A stretch of 53,655 nucleotides of DNA from a virus (IMGVR_UViG_3300017971_000063:1-53655), one strand, 5' to 3'; shown: positions 18,934-26,988, counted from the first letter of the stretch. Notes: generated by a model not told the origin, from the letters alone. Numbers and translations: made by a program.

Positions 18934-18938
18934 TTCAC

Positions 18939-19238
18939 ATGAAAAAGTATTCGAGCGAGAAACATCTGGAGCAAGTCGAGAAACAGATCGAGCGCGAGGC
19001 GAAGGGAATCGTCTACGAGAATTTACAGAAAGCGGTTCACGCTCTCGTCGAACTTCACGACGACGCTTCGAAGTCCTATCACAAGGGCGGCGATTCTCTC
19101 GACGACAAGCGCGGATACAACGTTCGGTGTTTGATCTATCTCGACTTGATCCAGAAGATCAAGAAGATCGAAGGTAAATTCGACCCGAATGAGATTATCG
19201 AAGAGCCGGAAGTCCGGATCGTTCGAGTCGTCAAATAG
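18939..19238 (+). CDS. Early hypothetical protein (99 aa)
   Basis: SD; flanked by element copies. Confidence 0.75.
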   Translation: MKKYSSEKHLEQVEKQIEREAKGIVYENLQKAVHALVELHDDASKSYHKGGDSLDDKRGYNVRCLIYLDLIQKIKKIEGKFDPNEIIEEPEVRIVRVVK

Positions 19239-19322
19239 TCGAGGTTTCAACAAGAGATCGGACTTCGGTCCGGTCTCTGATTGAACCCTTGCGGTTCAAA
19301 AACAAAACATCGAAGGGGAGGT
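19239..19322 (+). repeat. Structured intergenic element copy 3
   Basis: Inner stem GAGATCGGAC-TTCG-GTCCGGTCTC. Confidence 0.92.
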
Positions 19323-19327
19323 TTACA

Positions 19328-19594
19328 ATGAACAAGATCAAAGTTTCCTACGATTTGGCGAACGTGGTCGATGCGGCGAAGTGGATCAAGGGCGACGTCG
19401 AGAAGATCGTCGACGAGGCGACGTTCCGGACGCGGGAACTCGTCGAGATCGGCGACGATCGGGTCGAGGACGTCGTCGAGAGCTTCAAAGAACGAGCGCT
19501 CTCGGAAATTACCGACGCAAAGAAACACCTTGAAGCGCTTCACTCATGGATCGAGCGCGTAGGAAATCGCAAGAGCAAGGATCAGGAGAAATAG
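19328..19594 (+). CDS. Early hypothetical protein (88 aa)
   Basis: SD; flanked by element copies. Confidence 0.75.
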   Translation: MNKIKVSYDLANVVDAAKWIKGDVEKIVDEATFRTRELVEIGDDRVEDVVESFKERALSEITDAKKHLEALHSWIERVGNRKSKDQEK

Positions 19595-19673
19595 TCGAGG
19601 TTTCAACAAAGGGTCGGAGCGATCCGGCCCTTGATTGAACCCTTGAAGGGTTCTCAATTCAAGAAGGGGAGGT
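19595..19673 (+). repeat. Structured intergenic element copy 4 (core identical to copy 2)
   Basis: About 63 nt identical to copy 2. Confidence 0.92.
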
Positions 19674-19678
19674 TCACC

Positions 19679-19828
19679 ATGAAGATGTATCAAGTTTATA
19701 TTCTCAACGCGGACGGGACGACTCAATATACAAACGTATATACAGCGAACAGAAAGTTCGCCGACGATTACGCCGCTTCGATGACAAGTCTCGGATATTG
19801 CGCGGTTGTGGAAACAGTCGAGAAATAA
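19679..19828 (+). CDS. Early hypothetical protein (49 aa)
   Basis: SD; flanked by element copies. Confidence 0.65.
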   Translation: MKMYQVYILNADGTTQYTNVYTANRKFADDYAASMTSLGYCAVVETVEK

Positions 19829-19908
19829 TCGAGGTTTCAACAAGAGATCGGACTTCGGTCCGGTCTCTGATTGAACCCTTGCGGTTCAACAACAAGGAAA
19901 GGGGAGGT
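19829..19908 (+). repeat. Structured intergenic element copy 5 (core identical to copy 3)
   Basis: About 61 nt identical to copy 3. Confidence 0.92.
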
Positions 19909-19913
19909 TCACC

Positions 19914-20264
19914 ATGAAGCTTGCAAAGTTCGAGGAAAAGGTTTTCGTCGAGATCGTTCGCGGACAGTACAGCGGCGAGACGGGATTCTCCGACGTGATC
20001 CCGGAGGACATCTACAAGAATCTCGGATGTTCACCGAAGGCCGTCGGCGGCGCTCTTTCTTCTCTCGATAAAAAGGGACTCGTTTTCGTGGAAGATTTGA
20101 GCGGCCAACTCGACAACGGGATTCGAACGATTATCTATCTCACAACTAAAGCGTGGAAGATGGTCGGCGTCACCGACGAGGAGATCGGAAACGGTTATTA
20201 CGACCGCGAGACGATCGGCAAGTTCATGCGGTCGGCGATCGAGAAAGGGATCGTCGCAGAGTGA
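19914..20264 (+). CDS. Early protein, possible winged-helix domain
   Basis: IYKNLGCSPKAVGGALSSLDKKGLV..IIYLT pattern. Confidence 0.6.
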   Translation: MKLAKFEEKVFVEIVRGQYSGETGFSDVIPEDIYKNLGCSPKAVGGALSSLDKKGLVFVEDLSGQLDNGIRTIIYLTTKAWKMVGVTDEEIGNGYYDRETIGKFMRSAIEKGIVAE

Positions 20265-20342
20265 GGTTTCAACGAAGGATCGGAACGAAAGTTCCGGTCC
20301 TTGATTGAACCTTCACGGTTCAAAATCAAGGAAAGGGGAGGT
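20261..20342 (+). repeat. Structured intergenic element copy 6
   Basis: GTGAGGTTTCAA..GGATCGGAAC-GAAA-GTTCCGGTCC..TTGAACCTTCAC-GGTTCAA. Confidence 0.9.
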
Positions 20343-20347
20343 TGAGA

Positions 20348-20602
20348 ATGAAAACGATCACGACTCACAAGTTCGCAACGACGACGGAGTTCGACATCAA
20401 CAAGCGGATCGAACTCGGGATTCCGCTCACCCGGAAACAAGTCAAGGCGAAGAAACAACGGAAAGCGAATCCGCCGACCGCTCTCGGCTATCAACGGAAA
20501 CACGGCGTCGAGTGCGTTCCGGTCTACACTTCCGACGGTCATTGCTTCATCGCTCGGAAGGACGTCGCCGATCGCCTTCGGAGGAACGGCGAGTCAAGTT
20601 GA
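20348..20602 (+). CDS. Early hypothetical basic protein (84 aa)
   Basis: SD; flanked by element copies. Confidence 0.7.
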   Translation: MKTITTHKFATTTEFDINKRIELGIPLTRKQVKAKKQRKANPPTALGYQRKHGVECVPVYTSDGHCFIARKDVADRLRRNGESS

Positions 20603-20679
20603 CGTTTCAACAACGGCGCCGGACTTCGGTCCGGCTCCGGATTGAACCGTCAAGGTTCAACAATTCAGGAAGGGGAGGT
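20599..20679 (+). repeat. Structured intergenic element copy 7
   Basis: TTGACGTTTCAA..GCCGGAC-TTCG-GTCCGGC..TTGAACCGTCAA-GGTTCAA. Confidence 0.9.
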
Positions 20680-20685
20680 TTCAAA

Positions 20686-21126
20686 ATGGTCAAAAATATA
20701 ACGGTAGGAACGCGCGGAAACAAGAAGGTCAAGATCACGCTCCGTCGCAAGACTCACATGCGCCACCCGAACGGATGGTCAATCAAGGTCTACGATCCGG
20801 AGACGAAGATCACGACGGAAGGTTATACGAACCGTCTCGAACAACACGTCGCTCTCGAAAAGGCGATCGCTCTCGCTCACAAGATCGAGAATCGGAACGA
20901 GCTTCTCAACGCTCTCCGGACGATCACCGGCGACGCGGACATTCGCGGCTTTTGCTTCTCGCAAAATGACGCGGCGATCCGCGATCAGATCGCGAAGGGC
21001 GAAAAGGTCTCGGACGCCGAACTCGCGCGACACGCTCGGGCGAAGAAGGAATACTACGAGATCGTTCGACCGCTTTTTAAGACGGCGTTCGCGGCGTTCA
21101 AACACTTCCGCGACAAACAACTTTGA
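20686..21126 (+). CDS. Early hypothetical protein (146 aa)
   Basis: SD; flanked by element copies. Confidence 0.75.
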   Translation: MVKNITVGTRGNKKVKITLRRKTHMRHPNGWSIKVYDPETKITTEGYTNRLEQHVALEKAIALAHKIENRNELLNALRTITGDADIRGFCFSQNDAAIRDQIAKGEKVSDAELARHARAKKEYYEIVRPLFKTAFAAFKHFRDKQL

Positions 21127-21210
21127 TCGAGGTTTCAAGTCCGAGGTCGAATTTCGGTTCGGCCTCGTGTTGAATCTTCGGAGCAAGGTTCAAAAAATAG
21201 AAGGGGAGGT
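21127..21210 (+). repeat. Structured intergenic element copy 8
   Basis: TCGAGGTTTCAA..CGAGGTCGAAT-TTCG-GTTCGGCCTCG..TTGAATCTTCGG..GGTTCAA. Confidence 0.88.
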
Positions 21211-21214
21211 CAAC

Positions 21215-21478
21215 ATGGAATACGACGAGATTTTAAGTTTCGCGTCCGAGGCCGATCGGTTACGGTCGAGCGCTTCGGAGATCAGCAGGAAAGCGGGACG
21301 GGTCGCCGGAGAGATCAACGAGTTCGTGACTACGCTCGCGCTCAAGAAGGACGATCCGGGTCGGTGTCTCAAGGCGTCGCGAGTAATGTTGAAAAATATC
21401 GTCACGCGATCGCTCGAACTATCGGACGAGATCGAGGAACTTCTCGGACGCTTCGAGATCGAAGAAAGCAAAAAGTAA
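21215..21478 (+). CDS. Early hypothetical helical protein (87 aa)
   Basis: SD; flanked by element copies. Confidence 0.7.
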   Translation: MEYDEILSFASEADRLRSSASEISRKAGRVAGEINEFVTTLALKKDDPGRCLKASRVMLKNIVTRSLELSDEIEELLGRFEIEESKK

Positions 21479-21480
21479 AG

Positions 21481-21560
21481 TCGACGCTTCAACGTGGGGA
21501 TCGAAGTTCGCTTCGGTCTCCGATTGAGTCGTCGAGACTCAACAACAAAGAAGGGGAGGT
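21481..21560 (+). repeat. Structured intergenic element copy 9
   Basis: TCGACGCTTCAA..GGGGATCGAAG-TTCG-CTTCGGTCTCC..TTGAGTCGTCGA-GACTCAA. Confidence 0.88.
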
Positions 21561-21564
21561 CGTT

Positions 21565-21936
21565 ATGAAAAATAGAATGTTGTATAACGAGGACGGCTCG
21601 ATTGCGATTCCGTTTTCGAAAGTGAGTTTCTTCGCCGTCGATCAACCTCGCGGGAAGAAGTTCACGATCGAAGCGTATTTCGTCCCGGGACACTCCGACG
21701 AGGAACGCTCCTTCACGATCAGCAAACACGAGACCGAGGAAGAAGCGAAGTCCGCGTTGAAGGCGATCCGGGAAGCGGAATCGCGGAACGATCTCGCGCT
21801 CGCGGTGAGTATCCTCAAGAACGCTCGCCGCGCAATGCGTTTGACGGAAGCGGAAGATTCTCCCGTCAAGGAACTCCGGCTCGAAGGGTTCGACGCCGCG
21901 ATCGACGTTCTCTCGAAAGTGTCAAGCGGTTCGTGA
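21565..21936 (+). CDS. Early hypothetical protein (123 aa)
   Basis: SD from copy 9. Confidence 0.7.
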   Translation: MKNRMLYNEDGSIAIPFSKVSFFAVDQPRGKKFTIEAYFVPGHSDEERSFTISKHETEEEAKSALKAIREAESRNDLALAVSILKNARRAMRLTEAEDSPVKELRLEGFDAAIDVLSKVSSGS

Positions 21937-22073
21937 CGAACGATCACCGCGACGAGACAAGGGCGATCTCGGAGGGACGGTCTCTCGGGGCCGTCCCTCG
22001 AAACCCTCAACAAACGGCCTCTCCCGACCTTGTCACGCCGAGAAAAAAAAGCGCAAAAAAAAGAAAAAAGTGC

Positions 22074-22103
22074 TTGACAATTTGGCATACATGACCCTAT
22101 AAT
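22074..22103 (+). promoter_or_regulatory. Sigma70-type promoter with overlapping palindromic operator
   Basis: TTGACA-18 nt-TATAAT, A-tract UP element, TGACAATTTGGCA over the -35 box. Confidence 0.8.
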
Positions 22104-22158
22104 ATAGTTACGTTGAGAGTCAAGCTTGACTCTCGAAATTCAGGAAGGGGAGGACAGA

Positions 22159-22989
22159 ATGGCCTACACGAAGAAGAGCAAGGAGTTTTACGAAAACCGG
22201 AAAAAGGAGATCGAAGGGAAGCTCGACAAGGTTCTCCGCGAGTCGTTCACCGACGCCGAGAAGATGCGGAAACTCTCGCTTCACTTCCGGATCACCGGTC
22301 TTTACAACTATTCGTTCATCAATTCGATCTTGATCGCTTCGCAGGGCGGGAAGCTCGCGCAGTCGTTCAAGGCGTGGAAGAAACTCGAACGTCACGTCAA
22401 GAAGGGCGAGCGCTCGAAGATTTTTATCTTCATTCCCTATTTCAAGAACGTCGACGAGAAGAACGCGATCACCGGCAAGACCGAGACGATCAAGAAGCTC
22501 GTCGGGTTCGGGACCGGTCCGGTTTTCGACATCGATCAGACGGACGGAAAGCCGCTCGAATACGATCACAACTCCGAGGACGTGATCGACGTCGACTATA
22601 CCGAACTAAAAGTCAAGGTCGAGAAAGGATTCGACGTCGAGATCACCGAGAAGTACACGGGAAGCGCTCGCGGATACACCGACGGGAAGCGGATCGCGAT
22701 CTCCGAGATGTCGAACAATACGGACAAGGTCAAGACGCTCGTCCATGAACTCGCTCACGTCGTCCTCGAACATTGCGGGAAGGGTCGCAAGGCGCGGAAC
22801 GTGGTCGAGGTCGAAGCGGAAGCGGCGACGCTCTTCGTCGAATCGTTCCTCGGCTACGACGTCGAACTCTCCGAGACCTACATTGCGAATTGGAAGTCGT
22901 CGGAGATCGGGCGGGACAGCTACAAGAACGTAATCCGCGCGGCGGACAAGATCATCAAGTCGCTTTTCATCGAGAAAAAAGCGGCGTAG
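22159..22989 (+). CDS. ArdC-like antirestriction/ssDNA-binding protein with zincin-like domain
   Basis: YNYSFINSILI..SFKAWKKLERHVKKGE..VFDIDQTDG; HELAH..EVEAE. Confidence 0.85.
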   Translation: MAYTKKSKEFYENRKKEIEGKLDKVLRESFTDAEKMRKLSLHFRITGLYNYSFINSILIASQGGKLAQSFKAWKKLERHVKKGERSKIFIFIPYFKNVDEKNAITGKTETIKKLVGFGTGPVFDIDQTDGKPLEYDHNSEDVIDVDYTELKVKVEKGFDVEITEKYTGSARGYTDGKRIAISEMSNNTDKVKTLVHELAHVVLEHCGKGRKARNVVEVEAEAATLFVESFLGYDVELSETYIANWKSSEIGRDSYKNVIRAADKIIKSLFIEKKAA

Positions 22990-22992
22990 GTT

Positions 22993-23072
22993 GCGAGGTT
23001 TCAACGACGAGGTCGGAGCGAAAGTTCCGGCCTCGGATTGAACCCTTGCGGTTCAAATCAAGGAAGGGGAGG
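22993..23072 (+). repeat. Structured intergenic element copy 10
   Basis: GCGAGGTTTCAA..GAGGTCGGAGC-GAAA-GTTCCGGCCTC..TTGAACCCTTGC-GGTTCAA. Confidence 0.9.
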
Positions 23073-23078
23073 TCGAGA

Positions 23079-23510
23079 ATGAAAAAAAAGTTGTGGAGCG
23101 AGTTTCGGAAGTCCCTCGAAGGGATCGCCGACCGATACACCGCGAAAGCGGAACGGATCGAACAGTCCGACGACATCGCCGACGGTGACTCCTTCCTTTC
23201 CGGAGCGGAGAAGGCCGCGCTCGCCGCGAAATATTACGGCAAGGCCGAAGCGGTCGAGATGGTCGACGAGTTCGTCGACGAAGCTCGGTCGGAAAGTGAA
23301 GAGGTCAAACGCTCGATCGTTGCTCCGATCGTTCTCTCGAAGGTGAATGATTTGATCGTCGCGGAATCGGCGGAGTTGGAAAGTGCGAAGCGGAAGAATC
23401 TCTCGACGAGTGCGATCGTCGCTCGTCTCACCGCCGAAGTCGATCAACTCGGTCGGCTCAAAAAACAAGTCGAGGGATTCGTCAACCGGCCAGTCGACAA
23501 AGAGAATTGA
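23079..23510 (+). CDS. Early hypothetical helical protein (143 aa)
   Basis: SD; flanked by element copies. Confidence 0.7.
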   Translation: MKKKLWSEFRKSLEGIADRYTAKAERIEQSDDIADGDSFLSGAEKAALAAKYYGKAEAVEMVDEFVDEARSESEEVKRSIVAPIVLSKVNDLIVAESAELESAKRKNLSTSAIVARLTAEVDQLGRLKKQVEGFVNRPVDKEN

Positions 23511-23590
23511 TCGACGCTTCAAGGCGTGATCGGACTCCGGTCCGGTCACGAGTTGAGTCGTCGAGACTCGCAGGATCAAGGAAGGGGAGG
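23511..23590 (+). repeat. Structured intergenic element copy 11
   Basis: TCGACGCTTCAA..CGTGATCGGAC-TCCG-GTCCGGTCACG..TTGAGTCGTCGA-GACTC. Confidence 0.88.
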
Positions 23591-23597
23591 TTTCAAA

Positions 23598-23864
23598 ATG
23601 GAAACGCCGGATATTTACAGCGACGAGAATTTGGGGAAACTCAAATTCAAGAAGGACCGACCTCTCAAATCGTGGAAGGTCATGCGGTTCTTTCGCGCGC
23701 GAGGATGGTCGTTGATCCTCACCGTCTACGAGGCCGAGATCGCGAAGCGACACGTCGAGACGTTGATCGCGAATGGCGTCGCCGTCTCCGATCTCATGAT
23801 CGTCGAAACGATCGAGATCGAAACGCGGGTCGAAGTAGATCGAGAGTCGGAGGTTTCAAAATGA
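23598..23864 (+). CDS. Early hypothetical protein (88 aa)
   Basis: SD from copy 11. Confidence 0.7.
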   Translation: METPDIYSDENLGKLKFKKDRPLKSWKVMRFFRARGWSLILTVYEAEIAKRHVETLIANGVAVSDLMIVETIEIETRVEVDRESEVSK

Positions 23865-24049
23865 GAAAACTCGAAAAGGAAGAATTGAAGGACGCGCTCG
23901 GCGTCGTCGCTTGCTCGTTTTCCTTGAAAGGGAAAGCGAAGCGTTGCGCGAAGTGCGAGTTCGTCGAGGCGTGTCGGCGGATCGCGTCCCGGGTCAAGTC
24001 GATCGTTGAGTCGGTCGAGAAGTCCGGACGAAGAAGGAAAACGGAATAG
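23861..24049 (+). CDS. Small Cys-rich hypothetical protein
   Basis: ATGA overlap with previous gene; C..CAKC..C. Confidence 0.6.
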   Translation: MRKLEKEELKDALGVVACSFSLKGKAKRCAKCEFVEACRRIASRVKSIVESVEKSGRRRKTE

Positions 24050-24139
24050 AATGACCTCATGGGGAGGGACCGGCGGTGATCGTATTGACTCCGCTTGATC
24101 CCTCCCCGACCCTTCCTTCCGGGTCGAAGAAAAAAACGC

Positions 24140-24174
24140 TTGACAAAACGTCAAGACAATGAGACAACTCGTCA
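24140..24174 (+). promoter_or_regulatory. Promoter -35 box with two operator-like palindromes
   Basis: TTGACA at 24140; TGACAAAACGTCA 24141 and AGACAACTCGTCA 24162; -10 box weak. Confidence 0.5.
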
Positions 24175-24202
24175 ATCGAATCTACCAAAAGGGAGGACGT
24201 GA

Positions 24203-24490
24203 ATGACAGAATCGAAGAAGAGCAAGGGAACGGTTCGTCCGGATATTCGGACGATCCGACTCCGCCTTGAAACGAGGAAGCGGCTCGAAACGTTCGCGCA
24301 CCTACAAGCGCGGTCCGTTTGGAGGGTCGCCGATCACATTCTTTCTCAATACCTTGACGAGAAGATCGGATGTCAGTTCTACTCGTCCGAGGGCCGCAAG
24401 TGCAACTTAAAACAATGCGGCGTGAAGTGCGGCGGGATCAAGGCCGCTTGCGAACACCCGACATATAAGTCGGGAGAACTCTACGTTTGA
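24203..24490 (+). CDS. Ribbon-helix-helix DNA-binding protein with Cys-rich tail
   Basis: RTIRLRLETRKRLETFAHLQARSVWRVADHILSQYL has RHH periodicity. Confidence 0.65.
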   Translation: MTESKKSKGTVRPDIRTIRLRLETRKRLETFAHLQARSVWRVADHILSQYLDEKIGCQFYSSEGRKCNLKQCGVKCGGIKAACEHPTYKSGELYV

Positions 24491-24502
24491 TCGGAGGGAA
24501 CA

Positions 24503-25759
24503 ATGGGAAAGCAGGAAGGAAAGGCGAAAGGAAATTCGGAATCGGAAAATCCCGATAATCTCCCGGCCACCGCCGGAGGTCGCGACGTTTCGAACGTCCG
24601 GCAAGGAGCGGGACCGAGAATCGAGATCGATCCGGTCGAGACTCTTCAACGGCAAATCGCTATTGTCGAGGACGTCTATAAAAAGATCATGCGGAAGGAT
24701 CACCACTATGGCGTGATCCCTCGCACGAAAAAACCGACGCTCCTGAAACCGGGGGCGGAGAAGTTGATCTCGACCTTCCGACTCGCTCCGAAGTTCCGCG
24801 AGTCGAAGGAATGGCTTCCGGACGGACACCTTTCCGTTGACTACGTTTGCGAGTTGTATCGGATCGAGGACGGAAAATTCGTCGGCGAGGGAGTCGGTTC
24901 GTGTTCGACGCTCGAAAGCCGCTATCGTTATCGGTGGCAAAACTGCGGTCGTCCGAGTCAAGAATATTGGAATAACCGGAACGCCTATCCCGATTATAGA
25001 CACTTCAAGGACGGAAAGGGCGGCTACTGGTTGAAGAAGCGGATCGAAAACAAGGACATTGCCGATCAATATAACACCGTGAAGAAGATCGGAAAGAAGC
25101 GAGCGGAGATCGATGCCGTCCTCACCGTGACGGGAGTCTCCGACGTATTCACACAGGACGCCGAAGATTTTCACGACTACGACGCCGATCCCGGCGGAGA
25201 GAATGTCAATTCGGCCCCTCCGTCAAATTCCGGGTCGCCTAAACCGGCGTCGAACTCCGGGAATGGTCGACCTCTCAATTCTGGCGGCGGTTATCAACGA
25301 CCGTCCGGGTCGCAGTACGTTCCGCCGTCTCCCCGGGGATCACAGGCGCCGGGAGATCACCGTCGCGAGGGATTGAAGCGCGGAGACGTCGCGAAGGACC
25401 CGCGTCACATTGAACGAGTCGCGGAAATCGTCATGAGCGCGAACGAGAAGGGAATCGACGCGGGAACGTTGATCGCGTGTCTCCGGGACTCCCGGGTCGC
25501 GGTCCCGAACTACGTCAAGGGATTCGATCAGTTCCGTTATTTCTACGACGACGAACTTGACATCGTCGACGCCTATATTCATGAAGGCGAGGTCAAGACC
25601 GGCAGGGAACCGGCTCCGTCGTCGGGACAATCTCTCGACGCCTCGGGACCTCCGTCGACGACTCCTCCTCCGGCGCCGCCGACCGAGGCGCCGCCGATTC
25701 AGGAGAAGAAGTTCGACGACGTGATCCCGCCGACCGAACCGCCTCCGCCGGTCGAATAG
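24503..25759 (+). CDS. Putative single-strand annealing/recombination protein
   Basis: HYGVIP..KKPTLLKPGAEKL..GEGVGSCST.E.RY..NTVKKIGKKRA.IDAVL; Pro-rich C-terminus; near a Gam-like gene. Confidence 0.6.
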   Translation: MGKQEGKAKGNSESENPDNLPATAGGRDVSNVRQGAGPRIEIDPVETLQRQIAIVEDVYKKIMRKDHHYGVIPRTKKPTLLKPGAEKLISTFRLAPKFRESKEWLPDGHLSVDYVCELYRIEDGKFVGEGVGSCSTLESRYRYRWQNCGRPSQEYWNNRNAYPDYRHFKDGKGGYWLKKRIENKDIADQYNTVKKIGKKRAEIDAVLTVTGVSDVFTQDAEDFHDYDADPGGENVNSAPPSNSGSPKPASNSGNGRPLNSGGGYQRPSGSQYVPPSPRGSQAPGDHRREGLKRGDVAKDPRHIERVAEIVMSANEKGIDAGTLIACLRDSRVAVPNYVKGFDQFRYFYDDELDIVDAYIHEGEVKTGREPAPSSGQSLDASGPPSTTPPPAPPTEAPPIQEKKFDDVIPPTEPPPPVE

Positions 25760-25768
25760 GAGACGAAA

Positions 25769-26161
25769 ATGTCGGACGACTCGATGCGGACGGTCGAGGT
25801 TCTCGGCGTCAAGTATAAACTCTTCAAGCTTCCGGCGACCTTCGACGAGACGCTCTTCACTCGGCTCGACGAATATATCGTCAAGAGTCAACACAACTTC
25901 GAGCAGTTCACGCTAATGCTTGCGGCGGCTCGGGAACACTACGTCGAGACGGTCAACGCTCGCGATCGTCGTCTCTATCAATTCATGAAATCGAAAGCTC
26001 ACTCGACCCGGGCGACGACGCTCAAAGACCTTGCCCGGGCCGACGCGATCGAGGAAATATCGGCGGCGAACACCGCCGAGGCGATCTTCAAACGATATGA
26101 GGATTGGAAGGAAGTCGGACTCGAACGACTTCAAACGTTCAAGAAACTCAAAAAGGAATAG
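25769..26161 (+). CDS. Hypothetical helical protein
   Basis: 130 aa ORF with GGAG SD. Confidence 0.65.
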   Translation: MSDDSMRTVEVLGVKYKLFKLPATFDETLFTRLDEYIVKSQHNFEQFTLMLAAAREHYVETVNARDRRLYQFMKSKAHSTRATTLKDLARADAIEEISAANTAEAIFKRYEDWKEVGLERLQTFKKLKKE

Positions 26162-26173
26162 GAGGAAAGGCGA

Positions 26174-26746
26174 ATGGACGGAAAAGATTTGATTCCCGGA
26201 AAGGTTGAGATCACTCCGCCGACACTCGCGGAGATTGTTGACGCGGTCCTCGAAGCGGAGAAGATGATCCTCCCGGCGATCGAGAAGGTCGAAACGGTCG
26301 TCGAGGCGAACAACGCGGGACGGAAGGTTCTCTTGATCCGCAAGGTCCGCGACGAAGTGAAGGAGAAAGTCAAGATTCTCAAACGCGAGATCGACAAGCG
26401 GATCAAGGAAGCGGAAGCGAAGTTCGTCGAGGCCGAGGAAGCGATGCTCGGTTCGGTCGAGACGTGGGCGAAACACAATCGCGAACTCGTCGCCGACAAG
26501 CGCGGCGTGAAGTCGATCAAGCTCGACGATTGCAAGCTCGGATGGCGAAAGGGTCAAGGAATGTTGAACGTCCTCGACGACGATCGCGCCGTCAAGTGGG
26601 CCGAGGATCGCGGACTTCCGATCAAGGTCAAGAAGATCGTCGACAAGAAAGCGATCAAGGAATTTTTCAAAGAGGAACCCGGGGAGATCGACGAGGAAAT
26701 CTTCGAGTTCAAACGCGGCGAGAATAAATTCTTCGTGCAGGGATAA
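26174..26746 (+). CDS. Mu Gam-like DNA end-protection protein
   Basis: Coiled coil then W...NR.EL..KSIKL..CKLGWRK..IKVKKIVDKKAIK..FFV. Confidence 0.7.
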   Translation: MDGKDLIPGKVEITPPTLAEIVDAVLEAEKMILPAIEKVETVVEANNAGRKVLLIRKVRDEVKEKVKILKREIDKRIKEAEAKFVEAEEAMLGSVETWAKHNRELVADKRGVKSIKLDDCKLGWRKGQGMLNVLDDDRAVKWAEDRGLPIKVKKIVDKKAIKEFFKEEPGEIDEEIFEFKRGENKFFVQG

Positions 26747-26751
26747 AGAAG

Positions 26752-26988
26752 ATGCCCGATGAAAAGAAAGCGGACGAATCGTTCGACAAGCTCGGATTGA
26801 CGGCGAAGTTGTGTCCCGCGACAATGAAGATTTGCGTTGCGAAGAACTGTCAACTTTGGAATCCGGCGGCGGGAAATTGCGCGGTCTTGTTAATCGACTC
26901 GCGACTCGCCTTGATCGAAAAATCTCTCGTCGGGATCGCGACGAAACTCGGAGAATTGAAGTCCGTTCTCTCGGAGATTCCACAATGA
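26752..26988 (+). CDS. Cys-rich hypothetical protein
   Basis: CP....C....C.LW....C. Confidence 0.6.
   Translation: MPDEKKADESFDKLGLTAKLCPATMKICVAKNCQLWNPAAGNCAVLLIDSRLALIEKSLVGIATKLGELKSVLSEIPQ

Noticed and set aside
18857-18938. Elements as simple intrinsic terminators or as hammerhead ribozymes
   Set aside because: No U tract follows the hairpins and no CUGAUGA/GAAA catalytic core is visible.
18589-23590. Canonical CRISPR array
   Set aside because: The intervening sequences are whole protein-coding genes of 150 nt or more, the repeats vary with structural covariation, and there are no cas genes.
18589-23590. True integron attC sites
   Set aside because: No integron integrase, no consistent RYYYAAC/GTTRRRY boxes, and the wobble pairs and stable tetraloops favour an RNA role.
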